NCBI GenBank assembly: GCA_963728205.1
Contig: CAVSIV010000004.1
Span: 1 to 64,000 of the forward strand
DNA from: an uncultured Chloroflexia bacterium
GTDB taxonomy: Bacteria; Chloroflexota; Dehalococcoidia; UBA2979
Direction of reading: 5' to 3'
Length of the DNA: 64,000 bases
The position numbers and the translations under genes were made by a program. The notes under the pieces are model-generated. The model worked only from the letters and a program-made list of their open reading frames with translations. It was not told the origin of the DNA and did not search any database. Below are positions 31,938 through 42,456 of this stretch, piece by piece (position 1 is the first letter of the stretch; each line of letters opens with the position of its first letter).

Positions 31938-32071
31938 CCGCCCGGCCGACGCCGGCCATGCTAGCCGTCGCGGCGCGCAGGCGCGGCCGACTCGCTCCTG
32001 CCCCCTGCGGAGCGCGGGGCGACGTGCCGAGAATCCAGGCAGGGCGCATTACGCCCGTAGCGGGGGAGCTC

Positions 32072-32944
32072 ATGGTCGGGGTCACGCTCGACGGCATTCC
32101 GACGCTCGACGCGGCCATCGCGCACGTCTGCGCGCGGCAGCAGCCGGGCGCGGAGCTGCGCTCGCTGCAGCGCCTGCTGGCGCTGCGTGAGGAGAGCCCG
32201 TTCGCGCTGCAGACGCTCGGCGACGTGTGCGCGGCCGACGAGCAGCAGGCGAACCGCCTGCGCGTGGCGTCGTCGCACTACGCCGGCACCCGTCTCGTCA
32301 CGATCCGCGACGCGCTGCGCGAGCACGGATACCGCAACGTCTACTGCGTCTCGCTGGTCGGCTGCTTCGTCGGTGCGGTCGACGCCGCGATGCTCGCCCC
32401 GGCGCACGCCGGCTGGTGGCGGCACGCCGTGCGACTCGCCGTGATCGCGCAGGCCGTCGCGCGCGGGACCAACGCGCACCTCGACACCGCGTTCGCGGCC
32501 GGGCTCGTCGCCGATCTCGGCGACCTGCTGCTCCCCGCGTACTTCCCCGACCTCCATGCCGAGGCTCAGCGCTTCGGCCCGGGCGCCGCGAACGAGCGCG
32601 CCGCCTGGGGCTACACGCGCCACGACGTCGCGGCCGGCTTTGTCGCCGGCTGGGGCTTCCCGGACGAGACGGTCGACGCCATCGCCGGTCGGCCCTGCGC
32701 GCGCTGCGCGGACCGGCACCCGCCGCAGCTCGTCGACGTGCTCGAGCGCGCGCATCGCGTCGAACGCCGCTACCTCGACCACTGCGGGTCGCCGGAGGGG
32801 CCGACGCAGATCTTCCCCGACGAGCCCGTGCTGGCGGCTTACCTCGAGGGGCACGGCGGCCTGCACTGGCTGCACGTCCTCACCGAGAACATGCTCGAAA
32901 CCGCGTTCGTCGACCGCCCGCGGCCTTCCACGCTCGTCGCCTGA
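32072..32944 (+). CDS. HDOD domain protein
   Basis: LRVASSHY...VTIRDAL...G, WRHAV, AFAAGLVADLG, ERAAWGYTRHDVA...WGFP. Confidence 0.75.
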   Translation: MVGVTLDGIPTLDAAIAHVCARQQPGAELRSLQRLLALREESPFALQTLGDVCAADEQQANRLRVASSHYAGTRLVTIRDALREHGYRNVYCVSLVGCFVGAVDAAMLAPAHAGWWRHAVRLAVIAQAVARGTNAHLDTAFAAGLVADLGDLLLPAYFPDLHAEAQRFGPGAANERAAWGYTRHDVAAGFVAGWGFPDETVDAIAGRPCARCADRHPPQLVDVLERAHRVERRYLDHCGSPEGPTQIFPDEPVLAAYLEGHGGLHWLHVLTENMLETAFVDRPRPSTLVA

Positions 32945-33020
32945 TCCCGGCTTCGCGCGCCAGCGTGCCGCGCCCGGGTCCCGCTCGGCTGCTACGATCC
33001 GGCGCCGGACGGAGGACCCT

Positions 33021-33512
33021 ATGCCCCGCATGTCCCGCGAGCTGCTCGACCGGTTCCTGCTGGAGCCGCATGTCGGCGTGATCGCCACGCTGCGCCGCGA
33101 CGGCCGCCCCTACACCGTGCCGGTGTGGTGGCTCTGGCACGAGGACGCGTTCTGGCTCACCGGCACGACGAACCGCGTGTGGTGCCGGCAGCTGCAGCAC
33201 GACCCGCGCGCGTCGCTCTGCATCGAGTCCGGCGCGCCGCAGCCCGGCCACGTCGGCGTGGACGGCCGCGCGACGGTGCTGGAGCGCCCGGACTTCGACA
33301 TCTGGCCGATCTCGCGGCTGCTCGCCGAGAAGTTCGTCGGCCGCGGCGACCCGGGCCGCGCCGACGCGGTGGACGCGTTCTTCGCGAACATGCAGACGGA
33401 GCCGCGCCTGCTGATCCGGCTCGACCCCGAGGTCTGGCGCGCGATCGACATGAGCGTGTATCGCGGCAAGCGCGCGGACCGCGAGTTCCAGGCGACGCAG
33501 GCGCCGGACTGA
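33021..33512 (+). CDS. Pyridoxamine 5'-phosphate oxidase-like (split-barrel, flavin/F420) protein
   Basis: IATLRRDGRPYTVPVW, DPRASLCI; GGAGG RBS. Confidence 0.85.
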   Translation: MPRMSRELLDRFLLEPHVGVIATLRRDGRPYTVPVWWLWHEDAFWLTGTTNRVWCRQLQHDPRASLCIESGAPQPGHVGVDGRATVLERPDFDIWPISRLLAEKFVGRGDPGRADAVDAFFANMQTEPRLLIRLDPEVWRAIDMSVYRGKRADREFQATQAPD

Positions 33513-33539
33513 CGGCCGCGCGGCGCGGAGACGGCGCGC

Positions 33540-34856
33540 CTAGCTGCACATCCGACGGACGATCCCGTACGTCAGCTCGCAGCCCATGTTCAGGTTCTCG
33601 ACCGTGAGGAACTCGTCGTTCCCGTGGAAGCCGGCGCGCTCCTCGGTGCTCAGGATGCACGGCGCGAAGCCGTACGCCGGCGTCCCCTGCTGGCGCAGGA
33701 ACCGGTTGTCCGTGCCGCCCACGGTCATGCCCGGCACCACGACGGCGTCCTCGATCGCGTCCTTCACCACCGACTCGATCACCCGGTAGAGCTCCGTGTC
33801 CCACGCCACCGTCTGCGGCTCGTCGTCATCCAGGCCCTCGTGGAAGTCGACCTGCACGTCCGGGTCGCCGATGCGGTCCGCCACCAGCTGACGCCACTCG
33901 TCGCGCGACTGGCCCGGCAGCAGCCGGCAGTCGATCACGGCCTCGCTCCTCGCCGGGATCACGTTCGCCTTGATGCCGCTGTGCAGCATCGTCACGTTCA
34001 GCGTGTTCATGAACATCGCGAGCAGCGGGCGCGACCCGCGAATGGCCGACTCCAGCGCCCCGCGCTCGCTCGGCGCGGGCAGCACGCCGGCCTCAGCGAG
34101 CCGCTCGACGTAGGTCGAGGTCTCGGGCGTGAAGACGAGCGGGCGCTCCCATTCCGCCAGCCGCTGGACCGCGCGCGCGAGCCGCACGGCGGAGTTGGAA
34201 TCGATCGGATGCGGGAACGAGCCGTGGCCGGGACGGCCCACCGCCGTCAGCCGCAGCCAGCACACCTGCTTCTCGCTCGTCGCCACCGAGAAGACGCGGA
34301 GCGCCTTGCCCTCGAACTCGTCGGAGCCGGAGCCGCCCTCGTTCAGCTCGTACTCCACGTCGACCACGTCGGGCCGGTGCTTGCACAGCCACCCCATGCC
34401 CCAGTGGCCGAGCGCCTCTTCGTCCGGTACCGCGCAGAACACGAGGTCGCGCTTCAGGCGCAGCCCCCGGCGCTTCGCCAGGAGGAACGCCATCAGCTGC
34501 ATCACGCCGAAGCCCTTCATGTCGACCGCCCCGCGCCCGTAGACGCGGCCGTCGCGGACGACGCCCTCGAACGCCGGCACCGTCCAGTACTCCGGCTCGA
34601 CGGGCACGGCGTCGATGTGGTTGCACAGCATCAGCGGGCGCTTGCTGCCGTCGCCGCGCAGCCGCGCCACGACGACCTCGCGCTCGGGCTGCGTCTCGAT
34701 GTACTCGCACTCGATGCCGTCGGCCGCGAGCAGCGAGCCGAGGAAGCGCGCACCCGCCTTCTCCCGCCCGGGCGGGTTCGACGTGTCGATGCAGAGGTAG
34801 CGGACGAGGATGTCCAGCGCCTCCGCATGCACGCGCTGCCAGTCGATCTCCGGCAT
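33540..34856 (-). CDS. M20/M25/M40 family metallo-hydrolase
   Basis: IDTSNPPGRE, HIDAVP, GRGAVDMK, DEE, GGTD, HGNDE. Confidence 0.93.
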   Translation of the reverse strand: MPEIDWQRVHAEALDILVRYLCIDTSNPPGREKAGARFLGSLLAADGIECEYIETQPEREVVVARLRGDGSKRPLMLCNHIDAVPVEPEYWTVPAFEGVVRDGRVYGRGAVDMKGFGVMQLMAFLLAKRRGLRLKRDLVFCAVPDEEALGHWGMGWLCKHRPDVVDVEYELNEGGSGSDEFEGKALRVFSVATSEKQVCWLRLTAVGRPGHGSFPHPIDSNSAVRLARAVQRLAEWERPLVFTPETSTYVERLAEAGVLPAPSERGALESAIRGSRPLLAMFMNTLNVTMLHSGIKANVIPARSEAVIDCRLLPGQSRDEWRQLVADRIGDPDVQVDFHEGLDDDEPQTVAWDTELYRVIESVVKDAIEDAVVVPGMTVGGTDNRFLRQQGTPAYGFAPCILSTEERAGFHGNDEFLTVENLNMGCELTYGIVRRMCS

Positions 34857-35092
34857 CCGAACGCCCCCCTCCGCGCTTGCGGCTGCGTCCCGACGTCTCG
34901 TGTATCGATGCGGTGTGCCTTGCGGTCGCGGCGGCAACGTACTAGACATGCCGCGCGATTGGTACTCACGGCGCGCTGCAGGCTTCGCGCCTGCCGTGAC
35001 TCGCTGCCGGGGCTTGCTTCGAGCGGATCCGGTGAGGATGCCGGTGGACGCCATCGCGCCCAACCACGTACCCGCAGGAAAGTGAGCCCGAC

Positions 35093-36706
35093 ATGGCCGG
35101 CGCAACGGCAGACCTGGTCTTCTCCGGCGGCCCCGTGCACACGGTCGACGCGACGAACGCCATCGCCGAGGCGGTCGCCGTGTCGGACGGGCGCATCCTC
35201 GCGGTCGGATCGGCCGCCGCAGTGCACGCGACCGCAGGGCCGCAGACGCGGCACGTCGACCTGCGCGGGCGCTCGCTGCTCCCCGGCTTCATCGACGCGC
35301 ACTGCCACTTCAACGGCGTCGGCGCGTCCGCGGACGCGATCGACTGCAAGGCGCCGGGCATGGACAGCATCGCCGCGATTGTGGAGGAGGTCCGCAAGCG
35401 TGCCGAGCGGCAGCCCGCCGGCACCTGGATCCGCGGGCGCGGCTACGACCACACGAAGCTCGTCGAGCAGCGCCACCCCAACCGCCACGACTTCGACGCC
35501 GTCGCACCGAACCACCCGGTGCTGTTTACGCGCACCTGCGGTCACATCAACGCGTGGAACACGAAGGCGCTCGAGCTCTCCGGGCTCCCCGAGACCGCGC
35601 CCGACCCCGATGGCGGCCGCTACGACCGCGAGGCGGACGGGCGGCTCCTCGGCGTCTCCTACGAGCGCGCCAACGGCCCGATCACCACGGCGGCGATGCC
35701 ATCGGTCGAGGATGTGCGGCGCGGCCTCATCAACGCGAACCACGCCTACCTGGAGGCGGGCGGCACGAGCATCCACGACGCCGGCGGGATGGCCGGGCTG
35801 CCGATCGACATCGCCACCGACCTCGTCGCCCGCGACGAGCTGCAGGTGCGCATCTACGCGTTCGTCACCGTGAACGCGCTCGACCACCCGCACGTCGGCA
35901 TCCTGCAGACCGGCTTCCGCACCGGCTTCGGCGACACGCGGCTGCGCATCGGCGCGTTCAAGGTGATCACGGACGGACTCGAGCAGCGGCCCGACCGCCG
36001 CCACCCGCGACCCGTACACGTCGAACTCCGGACGACTCCGGCATCGCGTACTGGAAGCAGAACGACCTCGACGACCTGATCGGCCGCGCGCACCGCGCCG
36101 GCTGGCAGTGCACCGTGCACGCCGTCGGCGACCGCGCGATTGAGATGACGCTCGACGCGATGGCGCGCGCGCAGGCGGAGTTCCCGCGCGAGGGACTGCG
36201 CCACCGCATCGACCACTGCGGCATCACGCCGCCCGACCTGCAGCAGCGCGTGCGCCGCCAGGGCATCGTCCCGGCGATGCAGCCCGCGTTCTTCTGGGAG
36301 TTCGGCGACGGCTACATCCGCAACTACGGCCGCCACCGCGCCGACGTGATGTTCCCGGCGAAGTCGCTGCTCGAGCGCCGGCACCGTCGTCGCCGGCTCG
36401 TCCGACGCGCCCGTCACCGACTATCGCCCGCTGTTCGGCATCGAGCAGGCGCAGACGCGCGCGACGATGGACGGCGACGTGTGCGGCCCCAACGAGCGCG
36501 TCGACCTCGAGACCGCGATCCGCATGCACACGATCAACGGCGCCTACGCGTCGTTCGAGGAGCACATCAAGGGCAGCATCGAGCCCGGCAAGCTCGCGGA
36601 CCTCGTGCTGCTCAGCGAGGACATCCGCCGGGTGCCGACGACGGCGCTGCGCGACCTCCCGGTAGCGATGACGTTCGTCGAGGGCCGCGCGGTCTACGAG
36701 GCCTAG
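35093..36706 (+). CDS. YtcJ-like amidohydrolase; frameshifts at about 35980, 36025 and 36378
   Basis: DLRGRSLLPGFIDAHCH, HAVGDRA, RHRIDH, SDAPV, KGSIEPGKLADLV. Confidence 0.88.
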
Positions 36707-36734
36707 GTCCCGATGCGACCGGCGAGCGCCCGCC

Positions 36735-36765
36735 CGTCGCAAGCGGCGGCAGACACGCCGCCGAT
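36735..36765 (+). repeat. Single REP-like unit
   Basis: cgtcgcaagcggcggcagacacgccgccgat. Confidence 0.85.
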
Positions 36766-36908
36766 GTGACCGGCGGGCACGCCGCGGTTCGCGGGGGCGG
36801 ACGGGTCGCAATGGCAGGGAAGCTCACCGCCAGCCCCGGTCACCTGCCGGCGTCGCGCCCCCGGCGACACCCACGCGGACGCCCCGCCGCGCGGGAGAGA
36901 TCGGCACC

Positions 36909-37814
36909 CTACCCGCTGCCGCTCGATCCGGCGCCGGGGCCCATCCCCATCGCGTCGCCCGCCGCCGGGAGCGGCGACGGCGCGCGCTCGGCGAGGATGT
37001 CCTCCATGCGCGCGCGAACGCGCTCCTTCACGTTGTCGGGATGCGTCAGGATGTAGAACCGCTCCGCGCGGATCGCATCGAGCACCATGTCGCCCACCCG
37101 CGCCGGCGGCATCCCGAACTCCTGGAAGCGGCGCGACATCATCGTGCGCATCTCGTCACGCCGGCGCGCCGCCGCGTCCTCCACCGTTGCCTCCGCGAGC
37201 GCGGACGGCCGGTTGCGCTCCGCCTCGATGATCCGCGTCGCAACCATACCCGGGCACAGTACCGAGCAGCCCACCTTCGCGTCGCGCGCCTTGAGGTCGT
37301 AGTAGAGGCCCTCGGTGAGCCGCACGACCGCGTGCTTCGACACCCCGTACGGGCTCCCGCCGCCCGACTGCAGCCCGAGCACCGACGCGGTGTTCACGAC
37401 CCACGCCGGCTCGCCCTGCTCGAGCAGCAGGGGCACGAACGCGCGAATCCCGTGGATCACCCCCCACAGGTTCACGCCCAGCACCCACTGCCAGTCCTTG
37501 AGCGACGACTCCCACACCGCGCCGCCGCCGCCCGACACGCCGGCGTTGTTGCACACGATGTGCACGGCGCCATACGCGTCGAGCGCACGGTCGCGCAGCC
37601 CGTCGACCGACCCTGCGTCCGCGGTGTCGACGCGCACGCCGATCACGTCGCGCTCCTGCCGCCGCAACGCGCGGACGGCAGTGTCGAGCGCGTCCTGCTC
37701 GACGTCGGCGAGCACGACCTTCATGCCCTCGGCAGCGAAGCGCGCCGCGATGCCGCGGCCGATGCCGCTGGCCGCCCCGGTCACTACGGCGACCCTGCCC
37801 GCGAAGTCCTGCAT
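36909..37814 (-). CDS. SDR family oxidoreductase
   Basis: TGAASGIG, NNAG, NTAS, YGVSK. Confidence 0.93.
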   Translation of the reverse strand: MQDFAGRVAVVTGAASGIGRGIAARFAAEGMKVVLADVEQDALDTAVRALRRQERDVIGVRVDTADAGSVDGLRDRALDAYGAVHIVCNNAGVSGGGGAVWESSLKDWQWVLGVNLWGVIHGIRAFVPLLLEQGEPAWVVNTASVLGLQSGGGSPYGVSKHAVVRLTEGLYYDLKARDAKVGCSVLCPGMVATRIIEAERNRPSALAEATVEDAAARRRDEMRTMMSRRFQEFGMPPARVGDMVLDAIRAERFYILTHPDNVKERVRARMEDILAERAPSPLPAAGDAMGMGPGAGSSGSG

Positions 37815-38100
37815 CGCCCGCTCCTCCACGCCGCGCTCCGTGGGCGCGGCGTACGGTAGCACGCACGCGATGACGCGCCGCCCGCGGTCGTGGGCAGGAC
37901 GGGGACGGATCGGCAGCCGGTCCGGCTGCCGGCATTTGCGGGGGGATGCCCGGAAGGCGACAGGTTCCGGACAGATCGAGAGCCGGAACAGACGCCCGGC
38001 CCAACGCGCCCGTTCCGGCTCTCGATCGCGCGCAGGGTACTGCATCCGCGGCGCCTCGACCACCGCCATCTCGCCGATCTCGGGGCGCCGAGAAGCGGCC

Positions 38101-38601
38101 TCAGCCGCCGCCCCCGAAGTGGCCGAGGACGACGCCCAGCGCGAACACGAACCCCCCGCCTCCGAGCACCAGCACGGCGGTCCGCCACGCCGGGAAGTGC
38201 AGCAGGCGCCAGCGGATCCATGCGATCACGGCGAGTTCGATCGCCACCACGATGTATGCGATCAGCAGCGCGAGGTGCATGTCCGTCAGGAGGAACGGGA
38301 GGGTGTGAAAGAGGCCGCCCAGTGCGGTGCCCACGCCGGTCGTCACACCCTTCCAGTAGGGCGCGACTTCGGCGTCCTCCTCGCTGCCATGCGAGAGCGC
38401 CTCCGCGAGGCCCATGCTCAACCCGGCGCCTGTGGCCGCAGCCAGGCCGACGATGAACACCTGGAAGTGACTGGTCATCTGCGCGGCAGCGAAGATCGGC
38501 GCGAGCGTCGACACCGAGCCGTCCATCAGGCCGAGCAGTCCCGGCCGGATGAGCTCGCGGAAGCGAGGATCCTCGGTAGAGATGTCGCCAATCGCGGACA
38601 C
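38101..38601 (-). CDS. VIT1/CCC1 family membrane protein (MbfA membrane-domain-like)
   Basis: IRPGLLGLMDGSVSTLAPIFAAA, GLSMGLAEALS, GGLFHTLPFL, ELAVIAWIR; GGAGG RBS. Confidence 0.85.
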   Translation of the reverse strand: MSAIGDISTEDPRFRELIRPGLLGLMDGSVSTLAPIFAAAQMTSHFQVFIVGLAAATGAGLSMGLAEALSHGSEEDAEVAPYWKGVTTGVGTALGGLFHTLPFLLTDMHLALLIAYIVVAIELAVIAWIRWRLLHFPAWRTAVLVLGGGGFVFALGVVLGHFGGGG

Positions 38602-38681
38602 GCGTCCTCCTCTCGGCTCGGCGTGGTGGGCGCCGAAGGCATGGAGGACGGGAACCCGAGGACGCGCTGCGCGGTACAGAA

Positions 38682-38727
38682 CCGGGCCGGAACGGGCGCC
38701 CGGCCCTCTGCGCCCGTTCCGACCCGG
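38682..38727 (-). terminator. GC-rich hairpin downstream of the P450 gene (possible terminator)
   Basis: ccgggccggaacgggcgc ... gcgcccgttccgacccgg inverted repeat; only a weak U-tract. Confidence 0.4.
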
Positions 38728-38751
38728 CCCGTAGAAGGTCCTGATTCGAGG

Positions 38752-39954
38752 TTACACCCCGAGGGACAGCGGCAACTCCTGGAACCCCCGCATGATGTGC
38801 GTCGCGCGCTGCCGTCGCGCCGGTGCCGCACCGCGCTCGAGCGTGGCGTAGCGATCCAGGAGCACGTCGAGGGCGATCCGTGCCTCCGCCCGCGCGAGCG
38901 GCGCGCCCAGGCAGTAGTGGATCCCGGTGCCGAACGCGAGGTGCCGCGACAGCTCTCGGTCGATCCGGAACGCGTCCGGCTCCGGGAACGCGCGCGGGTC
39001 ACGGTTCGCCGCGCCGAAGCACACGTTCAGCTGCACGCGCCCGGGAACCGCCACGCCACCGAGCGTCTCGCCCTCCAGCACGTAGCGCGGCAGCGTCTGC
39101 ACCGGGCTGTCGTAGCGCAGCGTCTCCTCCACGAATGGATCGAGCAGCGTCCGATCGGCGCGCAACCGCGCCCACAGGTCCGGCCGCTCGACGAGCACGT
39201 TCAGCATGTTGCCGATCAGGTTCGTCGTCGTCTCGTTGCCCGCCACCAGCAGGAGCACCGCGCACCCGATGATCTCGAGGTCCTGCAGCCGCTCACCGTC
39301 GACCTCGGCCTGCGCGAGTGCCGTGATCAGGTCGTCCGCGGGCGCGGCGCGGCGGTGCGCCACCTGGTTCGCCAGGTACAGCGCCATCTCGATCAGCTCC
39401 GCGCGACGCGCCGTGCCCTGCTCCGCCCCGAGCAGCGCGTTCGACCAGCGCTTGAACCGGTCGCCCTCCTCCGGCGGGATGCCGAGCAGCGTCGCGATCA
39501 CGGTCACGGGCAACGGCACCGTCAGCGCCGGGACGACGTCGACGTCGCCGGCCGGGAAGCGGTCGATCTGCTGCTCGACGATCGAGCGGATGAACGGCTC
39601 GAGCTCGCGGACGCGCTTCGGCGTGAACGCGCGGTTCACGAGGCCGCGAAAGCGCGTGTGCCGCGGCGGATCGTCGGTGATCATGACGAGCCGAAACGGG
39701 TCCGCCCCGGCCGCCTCGCCGTCCGCGCCGTGGATCACGCGCTCGCCGGCCGACGAGTAGCGCTCATGGTGGCGCAGCACGTGGTAGGCCTCGTCGAAGC
39801 CAATCACGAGATAGAGGTTCCAGTCGCTCACCCGGACGATCGGCGACTGGTCACGCAGGCGACGCCAGGTCGGGTACGGGTCGTCGAAAAAGGCGTCGGT
39901 CAGCAGATCGCGCTCCGCGATCTCCGGGACGTCGATGGTGGGGCCGCCGGCCAT
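38752..39954 (-). CDS. Cytochrome P450
   Basis: DPPRHTRFR, AGNETT, EETLRYDSP, HLAFGTGIHYCLGA. Confidence 0.96.
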   Translation of the reverse strand: MAGGPTIDVPEIAERDLLTDAFFDDPYPTWRRLRDQSPIVRVSDWNLYLVIGFDEAYHVLRHHERYSSAGERVIHGADGEAAGADPFRLVMITDDPPRHTRFRGLVNRAFTPKRVRELEPFIRSIVEQQIDRFPAGDVDVVPALTVPLPVTVIATLLGIPPEEGDRFKRWSNALLGAEQGTARRAELIEMALYLANQVAHRRAAPADDLITALAQAEVDGERLQDLEIIGCAVLLLVAGNETTTNLIGNMLNVLVERPDLWARLRADRTLLDPFVEETLRYDSPVQTLPRYVLEGETLGGVAVPGRVQLNVCFGAANRDPRAFPEPDAFRIDRELSRHLAFGTGIHYCLGAPLARAEARIALDVLLDRYATLERGAAPARRQRATHIMRGFQELPLSLGV

Positions 39955-40096
39955 GCTCGCACCTCGCCGCGAGCCGCCGGCCGGTCGCGGGCGCTCGCTA
40001 TGCTGTCGCTGCTCGGTCGGCGCATCGTACCGCGAGGCGCCCCGGCCGATGGAGAGGTTCTCCGGCGTGCCGGCGGACCGGGAACGCGGGAAAGCC

Positions 40097-40291
40097 ATGA
40101 GGGCCGAGGTCGACTACCGCACCTGCATGAAGACCGGGCAGTGCTATTACCTCCACCCCGAGCTCTTCCGCCGCCGTGAGGACGATCACCCCGAGCCGAC
40201 CGCGGGCGCGTTCCCCGAGGACCTGCGCGACGCGCTCGAGGAGGCAGCCGACCTCTGCCCGACGGAGTCCATCCGGGTGGTGGACGACTAG
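40097..40291 (+). CDS. [3Fe-4S]-type ferredoxin
   Basis: 64 aa; CMKTGQC...CPTESI; divergent from the P450. Confidence 0.85.
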   Translation: MRAEVDYRTCMKTGQCYYLHPELFRRREDDHPEPTAGAFPEDLRDALEEAADLCPTESIRVVDD

Positions 40292-40302
40292 CGACGAGCA
40301 CC

Positions 40303-40333
40303 CGTCGCAAGCGGCGGCAGAGATGCCGCCGAC
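40303..40333 (+). repeat. Single REP-like unit
   Basis: cgtcgcaagcggcggcagagatgccgccgac. Confidence 0.8.
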
Positions 40334-40465
40334 GCCATCGGCGGCGGCGCGCCGCCGGCCCACCCGGCGCCACCTCCGCGGCCTGCGGATCGCGCCACAT
40401 GGTGACCGCCGCCGGCGCGCGCTAGGCTGCGCCGCGACACGCACACCCCGGGGAGGGACAACACG

Positions 40466-41401
40466 ATGAGCAGGGCGCACTTCGGCGTCACGGTTCCCCA
40501 GATCAAGCGCACGTGGGAGGAGTCCCGCGCCGCCGCCACCGAGTTCGAGGAGCTCGGATTCGACTCGATCTGGGTGAACGACCACCTCTACGGCCCGCAG
40601 TCGCCGCAGATCCCGATGCTCGAGGCCTGGTCGATGGTCGCCGCGCTCGCCGCCGCCACGAGCCGCGTCGAGATCGGCACCCTCGTCACGCCCGCCGGCA
40701 TGCGCAACCCCGCCCACCTCGGCAAGGTGATCGCGACCATCGATCACATCGCGGGCGGCCGCATCATCCCCGGCCTGGGCGCCGGCTGGATGCCGCGCGA
40801 GTTCACCGACTTCGGCATGCCGTTCCTCTCCGCGAAGGAACGCCTCGGCCAGTTGCGCGAGACCATCACGCTGCTCAAGCGCATGTGGAACGACGACGAG
40901 CCCGTCACCTTCGAGGGCAAGTACGTGCAGGTCCACAACCTCGTCACGCTGCCGAAGCCCGAGCGGCGCGTGCCGATTCTCGTCGGCGGCTCCGGCGAGC
41001 AGGTCACGATGAAGATCGCCGCGCGCGAGGCCGACATCTGGAACAACCTCGCCGGGCAGCAGGGCAACCTCGCGCACAAGGTCGACGTGCTCAAGCAGCA
41101 CTGCGCCGACGTCGGCCGCGACTTCTCGGAGATCCGCATCGGCCAGCAATGCCTCGTCACGATCGCGCCCGACGACGCGACGGCCGGGCCGATGGCCGAG
41201 ACCGCGAAGAAGATCTTCGGCGGGCACATGGGCGACCCGACGGGACCGCTCGCGCTCACCGGCACGCCCGACCGCATCGTGGAGCAGATCGAGAAGCACC
41301 TCGAGCTGGGCTGCACGATGTTCATGATCGAGTTCTTCGGGCGCGACACCCGCGAGCCGGCGCGGCTGTTCGCCGAGACCGTCCTGCCGCGGTTCACGTA
41401 G
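40466..41401 (+). CDS. LLM class flavin/F420-dependent oxidoreductase
   Basis: GFDSIWVNDH, LAAATSRVEIGTLV, RNPAHLGK, GLGAGW, PILVGGSGE. Confidence 0.93.
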   Translation: MSRAHFGVTVPQIKRTWEESRAAATEFEELGFDSIWVNDHLYGPQSPQIPMLEAWSMVAALAAATSRVEIGTLVTPAGMRNPAHLGKVIATIDHIAGGRIIPGLGAGWMPREFTDFGMPFLSAKERLGQLRETITLLKRMWNDDEPVTFEGKYVQVHNLVTLPKPERRVPILVGGSGEQVTMKIAAREADIWNNLAGQQGNLAHKVDVLKQHCADVGRDFSEIRIGQQCLVTIAPDDATAGPMAETAKKIFGGHMGDPTGPLALTGTPDRIVEQIEKHLELGCTMFMIEFFGRDTREPARLFAETVLPRFT

Positions 41402-41406
41402 CGCGG

Positions 41407-42456
41407 ATGCCGCCGCTGACCGTCCGCCCGCTGCTGCCGCACGACGCGGAGGCGGCGGCGCCGCTGATCGCCGCGCGCCACGCGCGGCTGCGCGCGCAGC
41501 ACCCCGCGCTGCCCGAGCGCTTCGCGGTCGCAGAGCCATGCGCCGCGGCGCTGCGTGCGCAGCTCGCGGAGCCACTCGCCGCAGGCGCAGCCGCCGAGCG
41601 CGACGGGCGGCTCGTGGGCGTTCTCGTCGGCGTGCGCGTGCTCTTTGCGCCCGACGCCTTCTTCGCGCAGTACGAGGAGACTCACACCGTCACCATGCCG
41701 GCCGCCGGGCACGCGGTGGCGGAGGACGAAGACGCCGCCGCCGTCTACAACGCGCTCTACGCGTTCCTCGCCCCGCCCTGGATCGACGGCGGCTCCTTCG
41801 GGCACCGCATCTCGCTGCTCGACGGCGACGCCGCGGCGGCGGAAGCGTGGCAGCTGCTGGGCTTCGGCATGGCCACCTCGTTCGCCGCGCGCGACACGCG
41901 TCCGCTCGATGCACCCTCGCCGCGCGCGGACCTCGACGTCCGCGCCGCGACGGGCGAGGACCGCGCGGTCGTCTCGCACTTCGCCGATCTGACCGCGCGC
42001 TGGCACCGCGAAGCGCCGATGTTCTGGCCGTACCTGGCGGACGACGTCGCGACCGCGGTGCATGACTTCGAGCGGCGCACGCTCGCCGACCCCGCGAACG
42101 CGACGCTGCTCGCGTACGACGGCGACCGCCCGATCGCGATGCACATGCTGCTCGCGGACGGCTTCGGTCCGTCGCTCGCGCAGCCCGACCACTCGGTCTA
42201 CCTCTACGAAGGCATCACGGAGCCCGACGCCCGCGGGGCAGGCGCCGGCGCCGCGCTCCTCGAGCGCTCGCTCGCGTGGGCGCGCGAGCGCGACGCCGCG
42301 TGGTGCACGCTCCACTTCGCCACCGCGAACCCGAGCGGCCGCCCGTTCTGGCTGAAGCACGGGTTCCGCCCACTCGAGCACACCTGGGCGCGACACGTCG
42401 ACGAGCGCGTCGCATGGGCGCGGCCCCGCGACGCCGCCGCTGAAGGGAACCGCTGA
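41407..42456 (+). CDS. Tandem-GNAT family N-acetyltransferase
   Basis: C-terminal TEPDARGAGAGAALL...ANPSGRPFWLKHGF; N-terminal degenerate GNAT half (AWQLLGFG). Confidence 0.8.
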   Translation: MPPLTVRPLLPHDAEAAAPLIAARHARLRAQHPALPERFAVAEPCAAALRAQLAEPLAAGAAAERDGRLVGVLVGVRVLFAPDAFFAQYEETHTVTMPAAGHAVAEDEDAAAVYNALYAFLAPPWIDGGSFGHRISLLDGDAAAAEAWQLLGFGMATSFAARDTRPLDAPSPRADLDVRAATGEDRAVVSHFADLTARWHREAPMFWPYLADDVATAVHDFERRTLADPANATLLAYDGDRPIAMHMLLADGFGPSLAQPDHSVYLYEGITEPDARGAGAGAALLERSLAWARERDAAWCTLHFATANPSGRPFWLKHGFRPLEHTWARHVDERVAWARPRDAAAEGNR

